Shown here: piece by piece, positions 9,902-20,224 of the stretch
How the letters are laid out: every line of letters begins with the position of its first letter
Position numbering within the stretch: the stretch's first letter is position 1
Notes under the pieces: model-generated
Databases searched by the model: none
What the model was told of the DNA's origin: nothing
Seen by the model: only the letters and a program-made list of their open reading frames with translations
NCBI GenBank assembly: GCA_964593375.1
Contig: CAZQIF010000001.1
Location: 6,405-70,404 of the forward strand
Origin: an uncultured Candidatus Saccharibacteria bacterium
Lineage (GTDB): Bacteria > Patescibacteriota > Minisyncoccia > Phycocordibacterales > UBA918
DNA: 64,000 nucleotides
Direction of reading: 5' to 3'
Made by a program: the position numbers and the translations under genes

Positions 9902-10831
9902 ATGTTCACACAAATTTTCATATTTGCTGTTTCCTTGTTTATCGTGATTCAAAGCTCTGTACTTGCGACAAGATATGCAGCACGCATAGCTAATGGTTTT
10001 AATCTTTCGAAATACACCGTCGGATTTATTGTTATTGCAATTATTTCCATTCTACCTGAGACCTTTATTTCAGTGAATTCTGCACTTGAGGGTGTCCCAT
10101 CATTCGGGTTCGGTATGCTTCTTGGTTCAAACGTTGCGGATCTTACCATCGTATTTGCACTTATAGCATTTTTTGCACATAGACCGCTTAAAGTAGAAGG
10201 TCAAATTCTCAAAAGTCATGTTCTCTATCCCTTCATTCTGTTACTTCCAATCGTACTCGGACTGAATGGTGAACTGAACCGTCCTGAGGGTGCAGGACTC
10301 ATTCTTACGGGAATTATTTTTTACTATATGACGCTCAAGCGCGGTAACAAGGTATCGCATACACAAACGCATTCAAAAGGTCAAACAAAATCTATCCTCC
10401 TACTCCTCTTGAGTATGGCACTTCTCCTATTAGGGGCGCATTTTACGGTCACCTCTGCATCTTCACTTGCGATACTCATGGGAATTAGTCCTGTATTAAT
10501 TGGGATGCTCATTGTCGGGCTCGGTACGACGATGCCGGAGTTTTTCTTTTCACTTCGTGCTGTTCGTGCTCATGACGACTCGCTTGCGATTGGCGATATT
10601 CTTGGCACCGTTCTCGCTGACGCAACGATTGTGGTGGGTATCCTCACACTCATTCAACCGTTTACATTTCCAACAGAAATCATTTATGTTGCAGGTGTCT
10701 TCATGGTTGCTGCTGCATTTATTCTCTTTAGCTTTATGCGCTCAGGTAAAAACATATCAGGGAAGGAAGCATTTGCACTCCTTGTGCTTTGGATAGCATT
10801 TATCGCTGTAGAATGCATTGTTAATCTGTAA
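9902..10831 (+). CDS. Sodium/calcium exchanger family (YrbG-like)
   Basis: Alpha repeats ISILPE...GSNVAD and GTTMPE...GTVLAD; ~10 TM. Confidence 0.92.
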   Translation: MFTQIFIFAVSLFIVIQSSVLATRYAARIANGFNLSKYTVGFIVIAIISILPETFISVNSALEGVPSFGFGMLLGSNVADLTIVFALIAFFAHRPLKVEGQILKSHVLYPFILLLPIVLGLNGELNRPEGAGLILTGIIFYYMTLKRGNKVSHTQTHSKGQTKSILLLLLSMALLLLGAHFTVTSASSLAILMGISPVLIGMLIVGLGTTMPEFFFSLRAVRAHDDSLAIGDILGTVLADATIVVGILTLIQPFTFPTEIIYVAGVFMVAAAFILFSFMRSGKNISGKEAFALLVLWIAFIAVECIVNL

Positions 10832-10896
10832 TAAAGAAGTTCACAGAGTCATACATGTAGAAGAACAATGAATATTCTTTGGTGTATGATTATAAA

Positions 10897-11343
10897 ATGT
10901 TTACTCTTGAATTTGTAGGATTGTTTTTGTTTATTGCAGGTTTTGTGATTGGTTTAGGTGCCGTTACAGTTATTGACCTCCACGGTTTTCTCGGTCGCCA
11001 CTCATCATATTGGACTCTCGCGACGACACGTACTCACAAAATCACTAAACCGCTCATTTGGATTGGTCTATTACTCTGTATTGTGGGAGGACTGATATTT
11101 TACCAGCACGAGCCTATAGAAAAAGTACTTCTTTTTCATGTGGCAACACTTCCTGTCATGATTCTAAATGGATTATTTCTTTCGTTCCGCATCAGCCCAC
11201 TTCTTCTGCAGAGAGAAAAGGAAGGAAAGGCTGATGTTATTCTTCATCAATCACTACAGGTTCAAATAACTGTTAGTTTTATTTTTTCATTTATCTGCTG
11301 GTGGGGGAATCTTCTCGCACTTGTGTTTTTCCTCACAAACTAG
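10897..11343 (+). CDS. Hypothetical membrane protein (4 TM)
   Basis: Hydrophobic ORF; TATGAT shortly upstream of ATG. Confidence 0.8.
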   Translation: MFTLEFVGLFLFIAGFVIGLGAVTVIDLHGFLGRHSSYWTLATTRTHKITKPLIWIGLLLCIVGGLIFYQHEPIEKVLLFHVATLPVMILNGLFLSFRISPLLLQREKEGKADVILHQSLQVQITVSFIFSFICWWGNLLALVFFLTN

Positions 11344-11357
11344 TATACCGATCACTT

Positions 11358-11600
11358 ATGTCGCATCCTTTTTCCAAAATGTTTGAGAAGGCACTCGCGA
11401 AGAGTTACGGTGATGAAAACTTTGTGCTTGCCGAGGCAGAAAAGCTTATGCAGAAAGGGTATAACGCTCATGAGATTTATACTGTGCTTGTAAAGCTGGA
11501 GAAATCACTTATCCAAGATGCTGATGTTGCAATACTCTCTGAAGCTGTTGAAGAATTTAGCCAGTATGTTGACCACCCAGATGAAGAAGTATTGATATAA
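11358..11600 (+). CDS. Hypothetical protein
   Basis: Helical acidic ORF; ATG at 11358. Confidence 0.7.
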   Translation: MSHPFSKMFEKALAKSYGDENFVLAEAEKLMQKGYNAHEIYTVLVKLEKSLIQDADVAILSEAVEEFSQYVDHPDEEVLI

Positions 11601-11628
11601 TACTGAATCTGTGATATAATCTCAAACA

Positions 11629-12213
11629 ATGAATAACTTCAAAAAAGACGGCTTCCGAAAGGGAGGTGCAGGTTTTGGTGGTAAACCAAAATTCGGAGGT
11701 GGTAAGTTTGGCGGACCAGGACGTGGACATGATAGAGGACACGGTCGCGATGACCGAGGTGGAGAAAAAACTGAAATGTTTTCTGCAACTTGCTCAGCAT
11801 GTCATAAGGCATGTGAGGTTCCATTTCGTCCATCAGGCGACAAGCCAGTGTACTGTCGCGAGTGTTTTATAGAAAAGGGACCAAATGATAACCGTGTTGG
11901 AAAAAGCTTTGAGAAGCGCAGTGACTTTAGTCGAGAAGCTCGCCCACAGCGAGATTCACGACCTTCATATCGCGACGAAGCACCTGCGCATAAATCTTCT
12001 GGAAACGAAGAGCTTAAAAAGCAAATTGCAATACTTGAGACAAAACTAAATCGTGTCATTGAACTCTTGACGGTAGAAACGGTAAAGAAAGTTGAGGTTA
12101 TAACACTTCCAGATACTAGTGAAACTCCCAAGAAAGCAAAAAAAACTAAAATTGAAAAAGTAAAAGTTAAAAAAATAACTAAAAAGAAGGGAACAAAGAA
12201 AGTTAAAGAATAA
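11629..12213 (+). CDS. CxxC-x17-CxxC zinc-ribbon domain protein
   Basis: MFSATCSACHKACEVPFRPSGDKPVYCRECF; Gly/Arg-rich N-terminus, Lys-rich tail. Confidence 0.9.
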   Translation: MNNFKKDGFRKGGAGFGGKPKFGGGKFGGPGRGHDRGHGRDDRGGEKTEMFSATCSACHKACEVPFRPSGDKPVYCRECFIEKGPNDNRVGKSFEKRSDFSREARPQRDSRPSYRDEAPAHKSSGNEELKKQIAILETKLNRVIELLTVETVKKVEVITLPDTSETPKKAKKTKIEKVKVKKITKKKGTKKVKE

Positions 12214-12221
12214 TGCTAAAG

Positions 12222-12257
12222 AAATCCCCCGGAACGCTTCGCGTTCCGGGGGATTTT
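12222..12257. terminator. Bidirectional terminator hairpin
   Basis: AAATCCCCCGGAACGC-TTC-GCGTTCCGGGGGATTT between convergent genes. Confidence 0.8.
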
Positions 12258-12258
12258 G

Positions 12259-13302
12259 TCATACAACAATCGAATTGTTCTCAAAAATAACTGTTCCATC
12301 TGCTGTGACCCTATCAATGACTGGAAAGAGGTCGACGTGGTAGCGAGTTTTGTCGATAACGATTCCAGCTTTCTTGTAGACGCTATGTTTTTCTCCCATT
12401 GAAACATGGAGTCCGAGAATACGTTCAAACGCAGTGATGTCTTTGAGATAGTGTTCTCGTGTAATCGCACGATTAAGTCCAAAACCAATTTCGCGAATGA
12501 GCGGTCGCTCATTTTGTTTTACGAGCGCGACAATTTCACCAAATGATTTTGGTGCATTATCAGCCCAGGAAACAACGATTCCATTTTCTATATCAATGCG
12601 AAATGGCTCATACATATTCATAAGAAAATCTTGTCCGGCAAATCCATAAATCATAAGTGAACCATTTACTTGTGATAAATCTTTTGCTTCAGTAAATACC
12701 TCACCAATAGGAAATGTTCCACCAATGTTGGTCATGCCGGTATAATCACCAATATTGAGTTTGGGTTCTTCGACACCATTTAGGATTGCTAGTGTCGTCC
12801 CGGGCCCTTCTAACTTGAGTGTTTCAGTATTAAGGAGAGCAGTTTTAAGTCTCTGTCCGACTCCACGAAACCAAGTAGGGTCATACGCGAGCGCATTAAT
12901 GTACGTAATCCATGAGTCTGGAGTATTGCGATACAAGTGGAGATGGTCGATTACTTTGAGTCCGTGCTGAAAGAGATGAATACGAATACGAAATTCATTC
13001 AGTCTGAAATCAGTACTTTGAATAAGCACCACAAGGTCTTTGGGCGCGAGCGCATCCATTTTTTTGATAATCTCCTCCTTGCTCGTGGTATTGAAATCAA
13101 TGAACTCTCCATCAGGTAGAGCAGTTCTGTATGCTTCTGTGAGAATGTTGGTCAGACCATTCTCAGTATCAAAGATAACGAGAGCTTTGTGGGGCGCTTT
13201 GTGCTCGAGGGCAATGGTCACGATATCACGAACATTCCGAGTTGCTATTTGAATAAGCTCATTACTATGTGTATCTGATATCGTTTCTGTTTGCGCTTGC
13301 AT
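12259..13302 (-). CDS. M29-like (aminopeptidase T-type) metallopeptidase
   Basis: PIGEVF, REIGFGLN, ERILGLHVSMG, HVDLF motifs. Confidence 0.75.
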   Translation of the reverse strand: MQAQTETISDTHSNELIQIATRNVRDIVTIALEHKAPHKALVIFDTENGLTNILTEAYRTALPDGEFIDFNTTSKEEIIKKMDALAPKDLVVLIQSTDFRLNEFRIRIHLFQHGLKVIDHLHLYRNTPDSWITYINALAYDPTWFRGVGQRLKTALLNTETLKLEGPGTTLAILNGVEEPKLNIGDYTGMTNIGGTFPIGEVFTEAKDLSQVNGSLMIYGFAGQDFLMNMYEPFRIDIENGIVVSWADNAPKSFGEIVALVKQNERPLIREIGFGLNRAITREHYLKDITAFERILGLHVSMGEKHSVYKKAGIVIDKTRYHVDLFPVIDRVTADGTVIFENNSIVV

Positions 13303-13308
13303 AGAATT

Positions 13309-13800
13309 TTATTTCTTACGATACAATCTATCGAGATACAACAGAGAAAAAGGTACAAGGATGCCAATGAGTGAACCCACCAAAATTTGAAATGGTGTGT
13401 GTACATGAATAGTTAATCGCGAAAGTGCCACAATAATTGCAGGAATGAATACGAGCGTCTGTAATCCTAGTACATACAGTTGTTTTATGTGTACATGTTC
13501 ATAGATAAACCAACTAAACATAAAAGCAAAGAACATACTGAGCGCTGCATGGTTGCTGGGAAACGCATATCCAGTAATAGGTACAAGAGCACCTTCTGGG
13601 CGCGGAACCGCAAATATAAATTTAAGGAGAAGACCCAAGGAAGCGGTAACAATTAATGAAATCATAAAAATGAGTGCATCACGTCTGAAATGCACGAAAA
13701 GGAGTGTGAGTACAACGCAAACAGAAAACACGCCAAACACTAGTTCAGGTGAGTAATAATGAATGGCGAGTGCAATATGTAACGGAACTAATGTGTCCAT
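13309..13800 (-). CDS. PAP2 family phosphatase
   Basis: KFIFAVPRP, FPSNHA, SRLTIHVH motifs. Confidence 0.92.
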   Translation of the reverse strand: MDTLVPLHIALAIHYYSPELVFGVFSVCVVLTLLFVHFRRDALIFMISLIVTASLGLLLKFIFAVPRPEGALVPITGYAFPSNHAALSMFFAFMFSWFIYEHVHIKQLYVLGLQTLVFIPAIIVALSRLTIHVHTPFQILVGSLIGILVPFSLLYLDRLYRKK

Positions 13801-13898
13801 AAGTACGAGTATAACAGTAGTTATGGGATTTCTTCATATGGGACTGTATACCAAAAAGCTCACATGAAGCGAGCTTTTATTGTAGTAATCAGAGTGAG

Positions 13899-14960
13899 CT
13901 AAAGCTTGAGTAGCTTACGCACATTGTCGAGCGCAACTACATAGAGACTTTCGGCCCATCCGAGTGGAATATTCTCATTTGAATCCTTGGTATGTGAGTA
14001 GTAGAGCTCAGGAATTTTTCCGTCAGCGTTAATGGTTCGTGAGGCTCGCTCAAGATATTGAAATGCCTTTTCAGCATTGCCCATTTCTGCATAAATAATT
14101 GAGAGCCATGCGAGTCCCATAGACCACTCTGCTTCCTCACTATAACCATCACGATTCTTATTGTAGTAACGGTCGTTGCGGTAGCGGATAACACCCATGT
14201 CGCGCGTAAGAAAGTATTCAACATTCGCAAGAATCAGATCTCGTTCCTCGTTTGTTACTACACGGAAAGGGTAGAGCAGTGAGAGAAGTGCCAAATCACA
14301 AAACTTTTGTTCAGATTCTCGTGGAAGAAGCATGCGAAGCGCCGATTCACCATTCTCTATCATGTTTTCTGGTACGGTTAGAAAAGGAATTTGTCGCGCA
14401 AGGCGGAGCGCAGCAACAACCGCACCGACTGATGATGCGTGAAGTTCATGATTTTCCTCCCAAATACCTGAATCAGGGTCATGCCAGTACTCAATATTGT
14501 AAAGGTAATCGATGAGTTTTTGTGCCATCTTGCGTTCCTCGTCGGTTTCAAGAATACTTTGTCCAGCAAGTTCAAGTTCACAAAATAAATGAAGTACTTC
14601 TGCAACTGCATCATTCTGTTTGTTACCCCATTCCTCCCAGTATTCATCAAATGTTTCAGGGTTGTAGCGGGCATGGATGTACTGCCATGTTTCTGAAGGC
14701 TTATTGTGAATTGCCCAGTCAATCTTATCGGTGTGTTTTAAAAGAATCTGAAGGAGTGCTCGTGCAAGCTTTTTTACTGTGTCCCATTCACCGGTCACCA
14801 TGAACCCAAGTGACATAAAATATGCATCGCGAAGCCATGCTTTGTTGTATCCGGTCGAAACGTTGTGTGCTGAGGCAGTAAAGAGGCCGGTTGGTGCTTG
14901 GAGGGCACGAACTTCGGCTAAGTGCTTTGCGATTTCACTTTTTAAATCAATATCTGACAT
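13899..14960 (-). CDS. Glycoside hydrolase family 15 (glucoamylase-like)
   Basis: AWLRD, DSGIWEE, PLGWAES; (alpha/alpha)6 GH15 motifs. Confidence 0.88.
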   Translation of the reverse strand: MSDIDLKSEIAKHLAEVRALQAPTGLFTASAHNVSTGYNKAWLRDAYFMSLGFMVTGEWDTVKKLARALLQILLKHTDKIDWAIHNKPSETWQYIHARYNPETFDEYWEEWGNKQNDAVAEVLHLFCELELAGQSILETDEERKMAQKLIDYLYNIEYWHDPDSGIWEENHELHASSVGAVVAALRLARQIPFLTVPENMIENGESALRMLLPRESEQKFCDLALLSLLYPFRVVTNEERDLILANVEYFLTRDMGVIRYRNDRYYNKNRDGYSEEAEWSMGLAWLSIIYAEMGNAEKAFQYLERASRTINADGKIPELYYSHTKDSNENIPLGWAESLYVVALDNVRKLLKL

Positions 14961-14964
14961 AGAA

Positions 14965-15177
14965 CTATGGTTGTTTCTTTTTGTTCAGTTCAAAACGTTG
15001 GCCTGCCTCTTTCCTGAGCGCAGCAAGCGAAGCATCGTTTTCATCAAGTAGTTTCGCAGCTTCTGGATAATGTGCAAGGATATCTGCATAAATTGCAGTT
15101 ACGCGCTCTTGAGATTCAAATAAATCAAGAAGTTTCGCGAGTGCTTTTTCTTTGTAATACTCATCCTTGGTAGCCAT
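14965..15177 (-). CDS. Hypothetical protein
   Basis: 70-aa ORF tightly packed upstream of the GH15 gene. Confidence 0.6.
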   Translation of the reverse strand: MATKDEYYKEKALAKLLDLFESQERVTAIYADILAHYPEAAKLLDENDASLAALRKEAGQRFELNKKKQP

Positions 15178-15373
15178 TTCTGTGTGTAGTTAAATCCTCA
15201 CTAATGATTTTAATGTAGTCACCGTATGTACCCGGTGTATTGAAAACTTTTCGAATAGCATCACATAATTCCTTTTCAATAATTTTTTCGCCCGACTCAA
15301 GAGCAATTTCCTTTTTTTCGACATTTGCATCGGGGGTTTCGGATGAGTGAACAAAAAATTTATCTATACCCAT
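15161..15373 (-). CDS. Hypothetical protein
   Basis: 70-aa ORF overlapping the next gene's start. Confidence 0.55.
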   Translation of the reverse strand: MGIDKFFVHSSETPDANVEKKEIALESGEKIIEKELCDAIRKVFNTPGTYGDYIKIISEDLTTHRNGYQG

Positions 15374-15454
15374 ATAAAAAGTTTGATGAATAACGTCTGA
15401 CTATTTTACCGCAGTTACAAAATATAGACACCTTGCAACGTGCGTAATTCTATT

Positions 15455-16204
15455 TCACTTTCTGAGCACAACGTTTGGTGTCGCACTGTATGGGTCGGGC
15501 CAGAACTCAAGCTTTGACCATTTTGTTCCTTTGACCATTTCTTTGATATTTTCGTCTTGATCCATGTCTGCTTCCATGTACAGTGTTCCGCCATCATTAA
15601 GTTTGTCCCATGCGGTTTCGATAAGAAGCTTATGAAAAGCACTTCCGCCGTCATCTGCAAAGAACGCAAGGTGTGGCTCGTAGTTAATCATCTCAGGGTC
15701 GAGGTCAGGAAGTGCTTCGCGAGCAACATAGGGAGGCACTGCAAAGATTGCATCATACGTACCGGTAAGCCCATTAAGGGCACTTTCTGAAATAATTGTA
15801 TAACGTGAAGCTTCGATGTTGTTTTTAGCGCAAGATATTTGAATCTGCTCTTTGAGTTCTGGGTCAAGTTCAGAAAAATCGACAGTGGCATCAGGAAGGT
15901 GCTTAAGGAGCGCAATACCAACATTTCCGGAGCCTGCAAACGTGTCCGCAAGGCGAAGTGGCTTGTTTAGTGCTTTGAGTTCGGCTATTGCACGCTCTAC
16001 CCAAAAAGCTGTTTCATAGCGAGGAATCATAGGTTTTTTAGAGAGGTCAATGTGACAACCGAGAAACTCGGCGAAACCAAGAACATATTCAAAAGGTTCA
16101 CCATTTTCGAGTCTTATTACATCAGCAAAAAACTCAGGGGTATTATTACCATTATATTTCATCGAGAGAAGCTCAGCTTTTTGCTTTTCCTTAAATGTTT
16201 GCAT
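15455..16204 (-). CDS. prmC: HemK/PrmC family methyltransferase
   Basis: GEPFEYVLG, IPRYET, DTFAGSGNVG, VPPY (variant of NPPY), YEPHLA. Confidence 0.88.
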   Translation of the reverse strand: MQTFKEKQKAELLSMKYNGNNTPEFFADVIRLENGEPFEYVLGFAEFLGCHIDLSKKPMIPRYETAFWVERAIAELKALNKPLRLADTFAGSGNVGIALLKHLPDATVDFSELDPELKEQIQISCAKNNIEASRYTIISESALNGLTGTYDAIFAVPPYVAREALPDLDPEMINYEPHLAFFADDGGSAFHKLLIETAWDKLNDGGTLYMEADMDQDENIKEMVKGTKWSKLEFWPDPYSATPNVVLRK

Positions 16205-16245
16205 AAGACTCCACAGTATAGCGTATTTCGTGTACTCTAGTCTGT

Positions 16246-16626
16246 ATGACCGATACTGAATTTGAAGGCTTCGTGCAAGAGGGAATTAGAGAACTCCCAA
16301 AGTGGGTTCAGGAAAAACTCGTGAATGTTGTTTTCTTTGTGAAAGATGATTTGAGTACAAAACAACGAAAGGATGAGGAATTGGATGACGACGAAACGCT
16401 CTTTGGTCTCTACGAGGGCGTACCACTTTCTGTGCGTGGAAATAATCCACCAGAACTTCCTGATACCATTACCATTTTTAAAAAACCAATTTTAGAGCAT
16501 TACTCAAATACTGAAGAGGTGCGTCAGTGTGTAATTAATACCGTATGGCACGAGGTAGCACATTTCCTTGGCCACGATGAAGACTGGGTTGAAGCAGAGG
16601 AGCAAAAAAGAGGGATGATTCTCTAG
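16246..16626 (+). CDS. Zincin-like metallopeptidase (DUF1025 type)
   Basis: LFGLYEGVPL, PDTITIF, HEVAH. Confidence 0.9.
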   Translation: MTDTEFEGFVQEGIRELPKWVQEKLVNVVFFVKDDLSTKQRKDEELDDDETLFGLYEGVPLSVRGNNPPELPDTITIFKKPILEHYSNTEEVRQCVINTVWHEVAHFLGHDEDWVEAEEQKRGMIL

Positions 16627-16700
16627 TGGACAACATTGCTTTTCGCTGTTAGGGTAATTTCGGATTTAGGGTTCTTCACAACGAACAAAGGAGTATAGAA

Positions 16701-18242
16701 ATGGCCAAGATTCCATCAGCTGTTGCTGAATCGCATCTGTCACATCTTCTCGGGCGCTATTTGCACCGTTTCCACCAAGGCAAGGTTCGGGATTCATACC
16801 TGCTTCCGGATTACGACGACCTCATGCTCGTTGTTGCAACCAATCGCTGCAGTATTTTTGACTTTGTCCTCAACACCACCATTCCGCACAAAGGAGCAAT
16901 CCTCACGGCAATGAATGTGTTTGGAACGAAGTACATCGTCGGCGACCTTTGCCCAACCGACTTAGTTGCCTGTGGAAGCGACATTGTGCGGTATCTCCCA
17001 CGAGAACTTCGGGGAAATATCGAACTGCAAATGACAGGAACGGTTGCGCGGAAGTTCATACCGCCGACGGTTGAGGATGTGGTGCGTAACGCAATAACGG
17101 GAAGTGGCTACAAGAGTTACTGCAAGGATGGCACCATTTGTGGTCACCGTCTTCCACCTGGACTTCAGAATGGTAACTTACTTCCGTATCTGCTCTACAC
17201 ACCAACAACAAAAGCATCTGTTGGTCATGATGAGCCGATTACCGCTGATAGCGTAGGTCTGCAATTTGGACCAGCACGGGAGCGACTCAGTTTGCAACTC
17301 ACTGCGCTTGCCGTACGTCATGCACTTTCGCGCGGTCTCATTCTCGCTGATACAAAGGAAGAGCTCAGTTACTTCGTGAATAAGAACGAAGAGCGCGAGT
17401 GGGTACTCGTCGACGAACGTTTTACGCTTGACTCGTCGCGTATCTGGGACAAACGTGCGTGGGAAATGGCGCAACGCGAAGGAAAGTTGCCACCATCGTT
17501 CGATAAGCAGTATGTGCGTGGCTGGGGCGAAGACAATGGCATCAATGGGACGCTCAATCCCGAAGATGAAGAAGTTCTCGCTCGTGTTCACGCACAAGTT
17601 GTCCCCGATGATGTGGTTCTGGCCTCCACAAAGCTATTTCGCTACGGTTTCTGGCGGTGGACTGGTCAGAAGCTGGAGAATTTTCAGCGAATTGAAATGG
17701 GAATTGACGTTCATGTTCCAAGGCCGAGTGTGCATGTAATCGTGGGGAGCAATAGCGATTTCTTGCAAATTGAGCACGGCATCTCGCACTTTGAATCACA
17801 TGGAATTGAGCACAAGGTGCACGTCATCAGTTGCCACCGCAACCGCGACGAGTTGGCGAATTATGTTGCTGACATTGCACAGCACCAAGAAGGTCGTCCT
17901 GACCGCATCATCGCTGGGGCCGGTATGGCTGCAGCACTCCCTGGAGTGCTTAAAGCTGAGCTCTGCAACTTTGGCCTCAAGGAGATTCCGGTCATTGGTG
18001 TTGCATTTCAAGGAAAGTCTGACACAGACAATCTCGCTGCACAGCTGTCTATCGAGCGCCTTCCTGAAGAGCCTGTTGAGCTCGACAAGGCCGGCAATGC
18101 GTACTTTGGCTCTGAAGGGTTCATGAGAGCATGTGACTCAGCGATACACGATGAATTTCTCACTCGTGGATATACGCACAAACCAGCACAGTTCAACGCT
18201 GACATTCGTCCATATCTTGCTGAAAGGGGTGTTCTCTCCTAA
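16701..18242 (+). CDS. Bifunctional SAICAR synthetase (PurC) / AIR carboxylase (PurE) fusion
   Basis: GKVRD, TPTTKA, ILADTKEE, DSSRIW, DKQYVR then GSNSD, SCHRN, AGAGMAAALPG, PVIGV. Confidence 0.9.
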   Translation: MAKIPSAVAESHLSHLLGRYLHRFHQGKVRDSYLLPDYDDLMLVVATNRCSIFDFVLNTTIPHKGAILTAMNVFGTKYIVGDLCPTDLVACGSDIVRYLPRELRGNIELQMTGTVARKFIPPTVEDVVRNAITGSGYKSYCKDGTICGHRLPPGLQNGNLLPYLLYTPTTKASVGHDEPITADSVGLQFGPARERLSLQLTALAVRHALSRGLILADTKEELSYFVNKNEEREWVLVDERFTLDSSRIWDKRAWEMAQREGKLPPSFDKQYVRGWGEDNGINGTLNPEDEEVLARVHAQVVPDDVVLASTKLFRYGFWRWTGQKLENFQRIEMGIDVHVPRPSVHVIVGSNSDFLQIEHGISHFESHGIEHKVHVISCHRNRDELANYVADIAQHQEGRPDRIIAGAGMAAALPGVLKAELCNFGLKEIPVIGVAFQGKSDTDNLAAQLSIERLPEEPVELDKAGNAYFGSEGFMRACDSAIHDEFLTRGYTHKPAQFNADIRPYLAERGVLS

Positions 18243-18258
18243 GCAATGTTTGGTACAG

Positions 18259-18289
18259 GCCGCCCGGAAGTTTCGGGCGGTTTTCTTTT
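18259..18289 (+). terminator. Intrinsic terminator
   Basis: GCCGCCCG...CGGGCGGTTTTCTTTT. Confidence 0.75.
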
Positions 18290-18350
18290 GCGTAGAATAA
18301 TCCCCCGCGAAGGCAAAGCCTTCGTGGGGGATTATATTCAGAGCGAGTAG

Positions 18351-18986
18351 CTAGTTCCTTGCAGTTCCAATCGTGACGGCAGTTTCACCATCAGTTGAAC
18401 CAATGCTAATGATGACACTATCTTCACCTTGTGTAGCAGAAACCATTCCGCCATCGGTGGTTACCATTGTCGCTTCTATCGTCCAGCCTTTATCTGCTAA
18501 TTCTGATTTATAAAATTCAGTTACCTCACTCATTGAATCACGTGTGGTAAACGCAACAGTTTGACCAGATCCATCTGCACTTCCTCCACTTTGTGCATAC
18601 GAAATTTTTGCGTCATTAGGAAGAGGGATTGAACTTGGCCAATTATCAGGAAGTTTTATATTTTCACCAGTGCTGATATTGATTTGTTCTCCATCGTCAC
18701 CCTTAATTTGCATGGTGCCTTGACCGTCATCATTTGTATTCATTTCATAACCATCACCCTTTACCTTAACACTCCCATCGCGGTCAATGTCGACATCGTA
18801 TTGACCTCCGGTTGCTCGCTCAAGCATTTTCTCAGATAGTCGTTCGGGGTTAAAAAACATCGACTGAATAGCTCCAAGAGCAACGAGCACAACAATACCA
18901 ATGATAATCCACTTAGTAGTTTGTGATTTCGCCGGTGTGGCAGTTGTTGCTACTGGCTCAGGTGTTTGATTTTGTGTTTCTTCCAT
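18351..18986 (-). CDS. Membrane-anchored exported hypothetical protein
   Basis: Single TM; LPDNWPSSIP...FYKSELADKGW domain. Confidence 0.8.
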   Translation of the reverse strand: MEETQNQTPEPVATTATPAKSQTTKWIIIGIVVLVALGAIQSMFFNPERLSEKMLERATGGQYDVDIDRDGSVKVKGDGYEMNTNDDGQGTMQIKGDDGEQINISTGENIKLPDNWPSSIPLPNDAKISYAQSGGSADGSGQTVAFTTRDSMSEVTEFYKSELADKGWTIEATMVTTDGGMVSATQGEDSVIISIGSTDGETAVTIGTARN

Positions 18987-19113
18987 ATATAAAAATTTAG
19001 AATAAGTAACGTCGTAGTGTTAATTGTAATGTACTCTGGGGGAATTACAACGACTCTACACAAATGAAAAGCCGCCAGAAATTCGGCGGCTTTGGTGTTA
19101 AACATATACAGCC

Positions 19114-19284
19114 TTAGCGCTGCTGATTGTTCACGAGAACTTGCTGACCTTGTTGTTGCTTGACGTTTGTGGTCGACGAAACTGAAACGCGAGGGATCCA
19201 ACCATCAATCCCACAAACCTTGCAAAATACTCTGAAGAATTCAGCTTTGCGAGCATTCCCGCAAGGACATGGTACTTGGGTCAA
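19114..19284 (-). CDS. Cys-rich microprotein (CPCG...CKVCG)
   Basis: AAGGAG SD 6 nt before TTG; own terminator hairpin at ~19067-19093. Confidence 0.5.
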   Translation of the reverse strand: MTQVPCPCGNARKAEFFRVFCKVCGIDGWIPRVSVSSTTNVKQQQGQQVLVNNQQR

Positions 19285-19424
19285 TTTTTTCTCCTTATTG
19301 TTGTAAGAACTAAAAACGCCACGCACTCGCGTGACTGTGATAGTCTCGCACTAAATCAGTGGTTTGTCAAACTCTTCCCGTACTATTATTAAGCCCCGCG
19401 CAACTTCGCGGGGCTATTGTTTGT

Positions 19425-19613
19425 CTACTTCCAACCACGATCAAGCAAGTCCATCGTTTCCGGACCAATGAGATCGCAATGGATATCACGTGCGACTTCA
19501 TCGTGGTCTGGATCATAGACGTACTCGATTGCTCCTCCACAAGGACAGGTCTTAACATCTTCTTTTGTGTGCGAACTTCGACCCTTACACTGACCAATTT
19601 GTGGACATGTCAT
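19425..19613 (-). CDS. Cys-rich microprotein (CPCG)
   Basis: AAAGG SD before ATG; terminator hairpin at ~19391-19417. Confidence 0.5.
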   Translation of the reverse strand: MTCPQIGQCKGRSSHTKEDVKTCPCGGAIEYVYDPDHDEVARDIHCDLIGPETMDLLDRGWK

Positions 19614-19749
19614 TTGTGACCTTTCTTTGAGCTTTACGTGCGAAGAACCAATTACCATATCAATGGTATGCCTATGCAAAATTTTAGCAACTGAGTAATC
19701 AACTGTTTAACCACATTAACAAACACCCGAATGGCAAACCATCCGGGTG

Positions 19750-20091
19750 TTACTTAACACTTCGTGTGTTCTTAGCGTAGAGTTGTGGGTAACTGCGAAG
19801 AAACTTCTGAATTTCCTTTTCAATTTCTAACCGTGCGTAAACAAAATCTTCTTCTTTAGATTCAGGGTTTCTTCGAAGACGTTTTTGTAAGCATCCAGCT
19901 TTACTTGCGAGTTGTTCGGCAATGTAGTTTTTCCGAGTAGCAACGTACTTCATCGGACGAATGACTTCTTTGAAATAGTCACAATTCAGTATGTCTTCTT
20001 TGGTAAATGCCACATATTCGATTCGTGACACTCCTTCAACTTTTCTTCCTCGTATGAGTAACTTCGCAAGTCTGTATACGTTTGAATCCAT
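19750..20091 (-). CDS. Hypothetical basic protein
   Basis: Strong SD GAGGAGGAG; hairpin ACACCCGAATGG...CCATCCGGGTGT after the stop. Confidence 0.7.
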   Translation of the reverse strand: MDSNVYRLAKLLIRGRKVEGVSRIEYVAFTKEDILNCDYFKEVIRPMKYVATRKNYIAEQLASKAGCLQKRLRRNPESKEEDFVYARLEIEKEIQKFLRSYPQLYAKNTRSVK

Positions 20092-20224
20092 TTCTCCTCC
20101 TCATTTCTTGTTTTGAACCAACATAAGAACCTCTCATTCAATACTACCATCTCAGAAACACGATTTATATCAGACCACGATAATGAAGAGGGCCCAAGCG
20201 TGAAGCTTAGGCCCGGGTCGTTTC

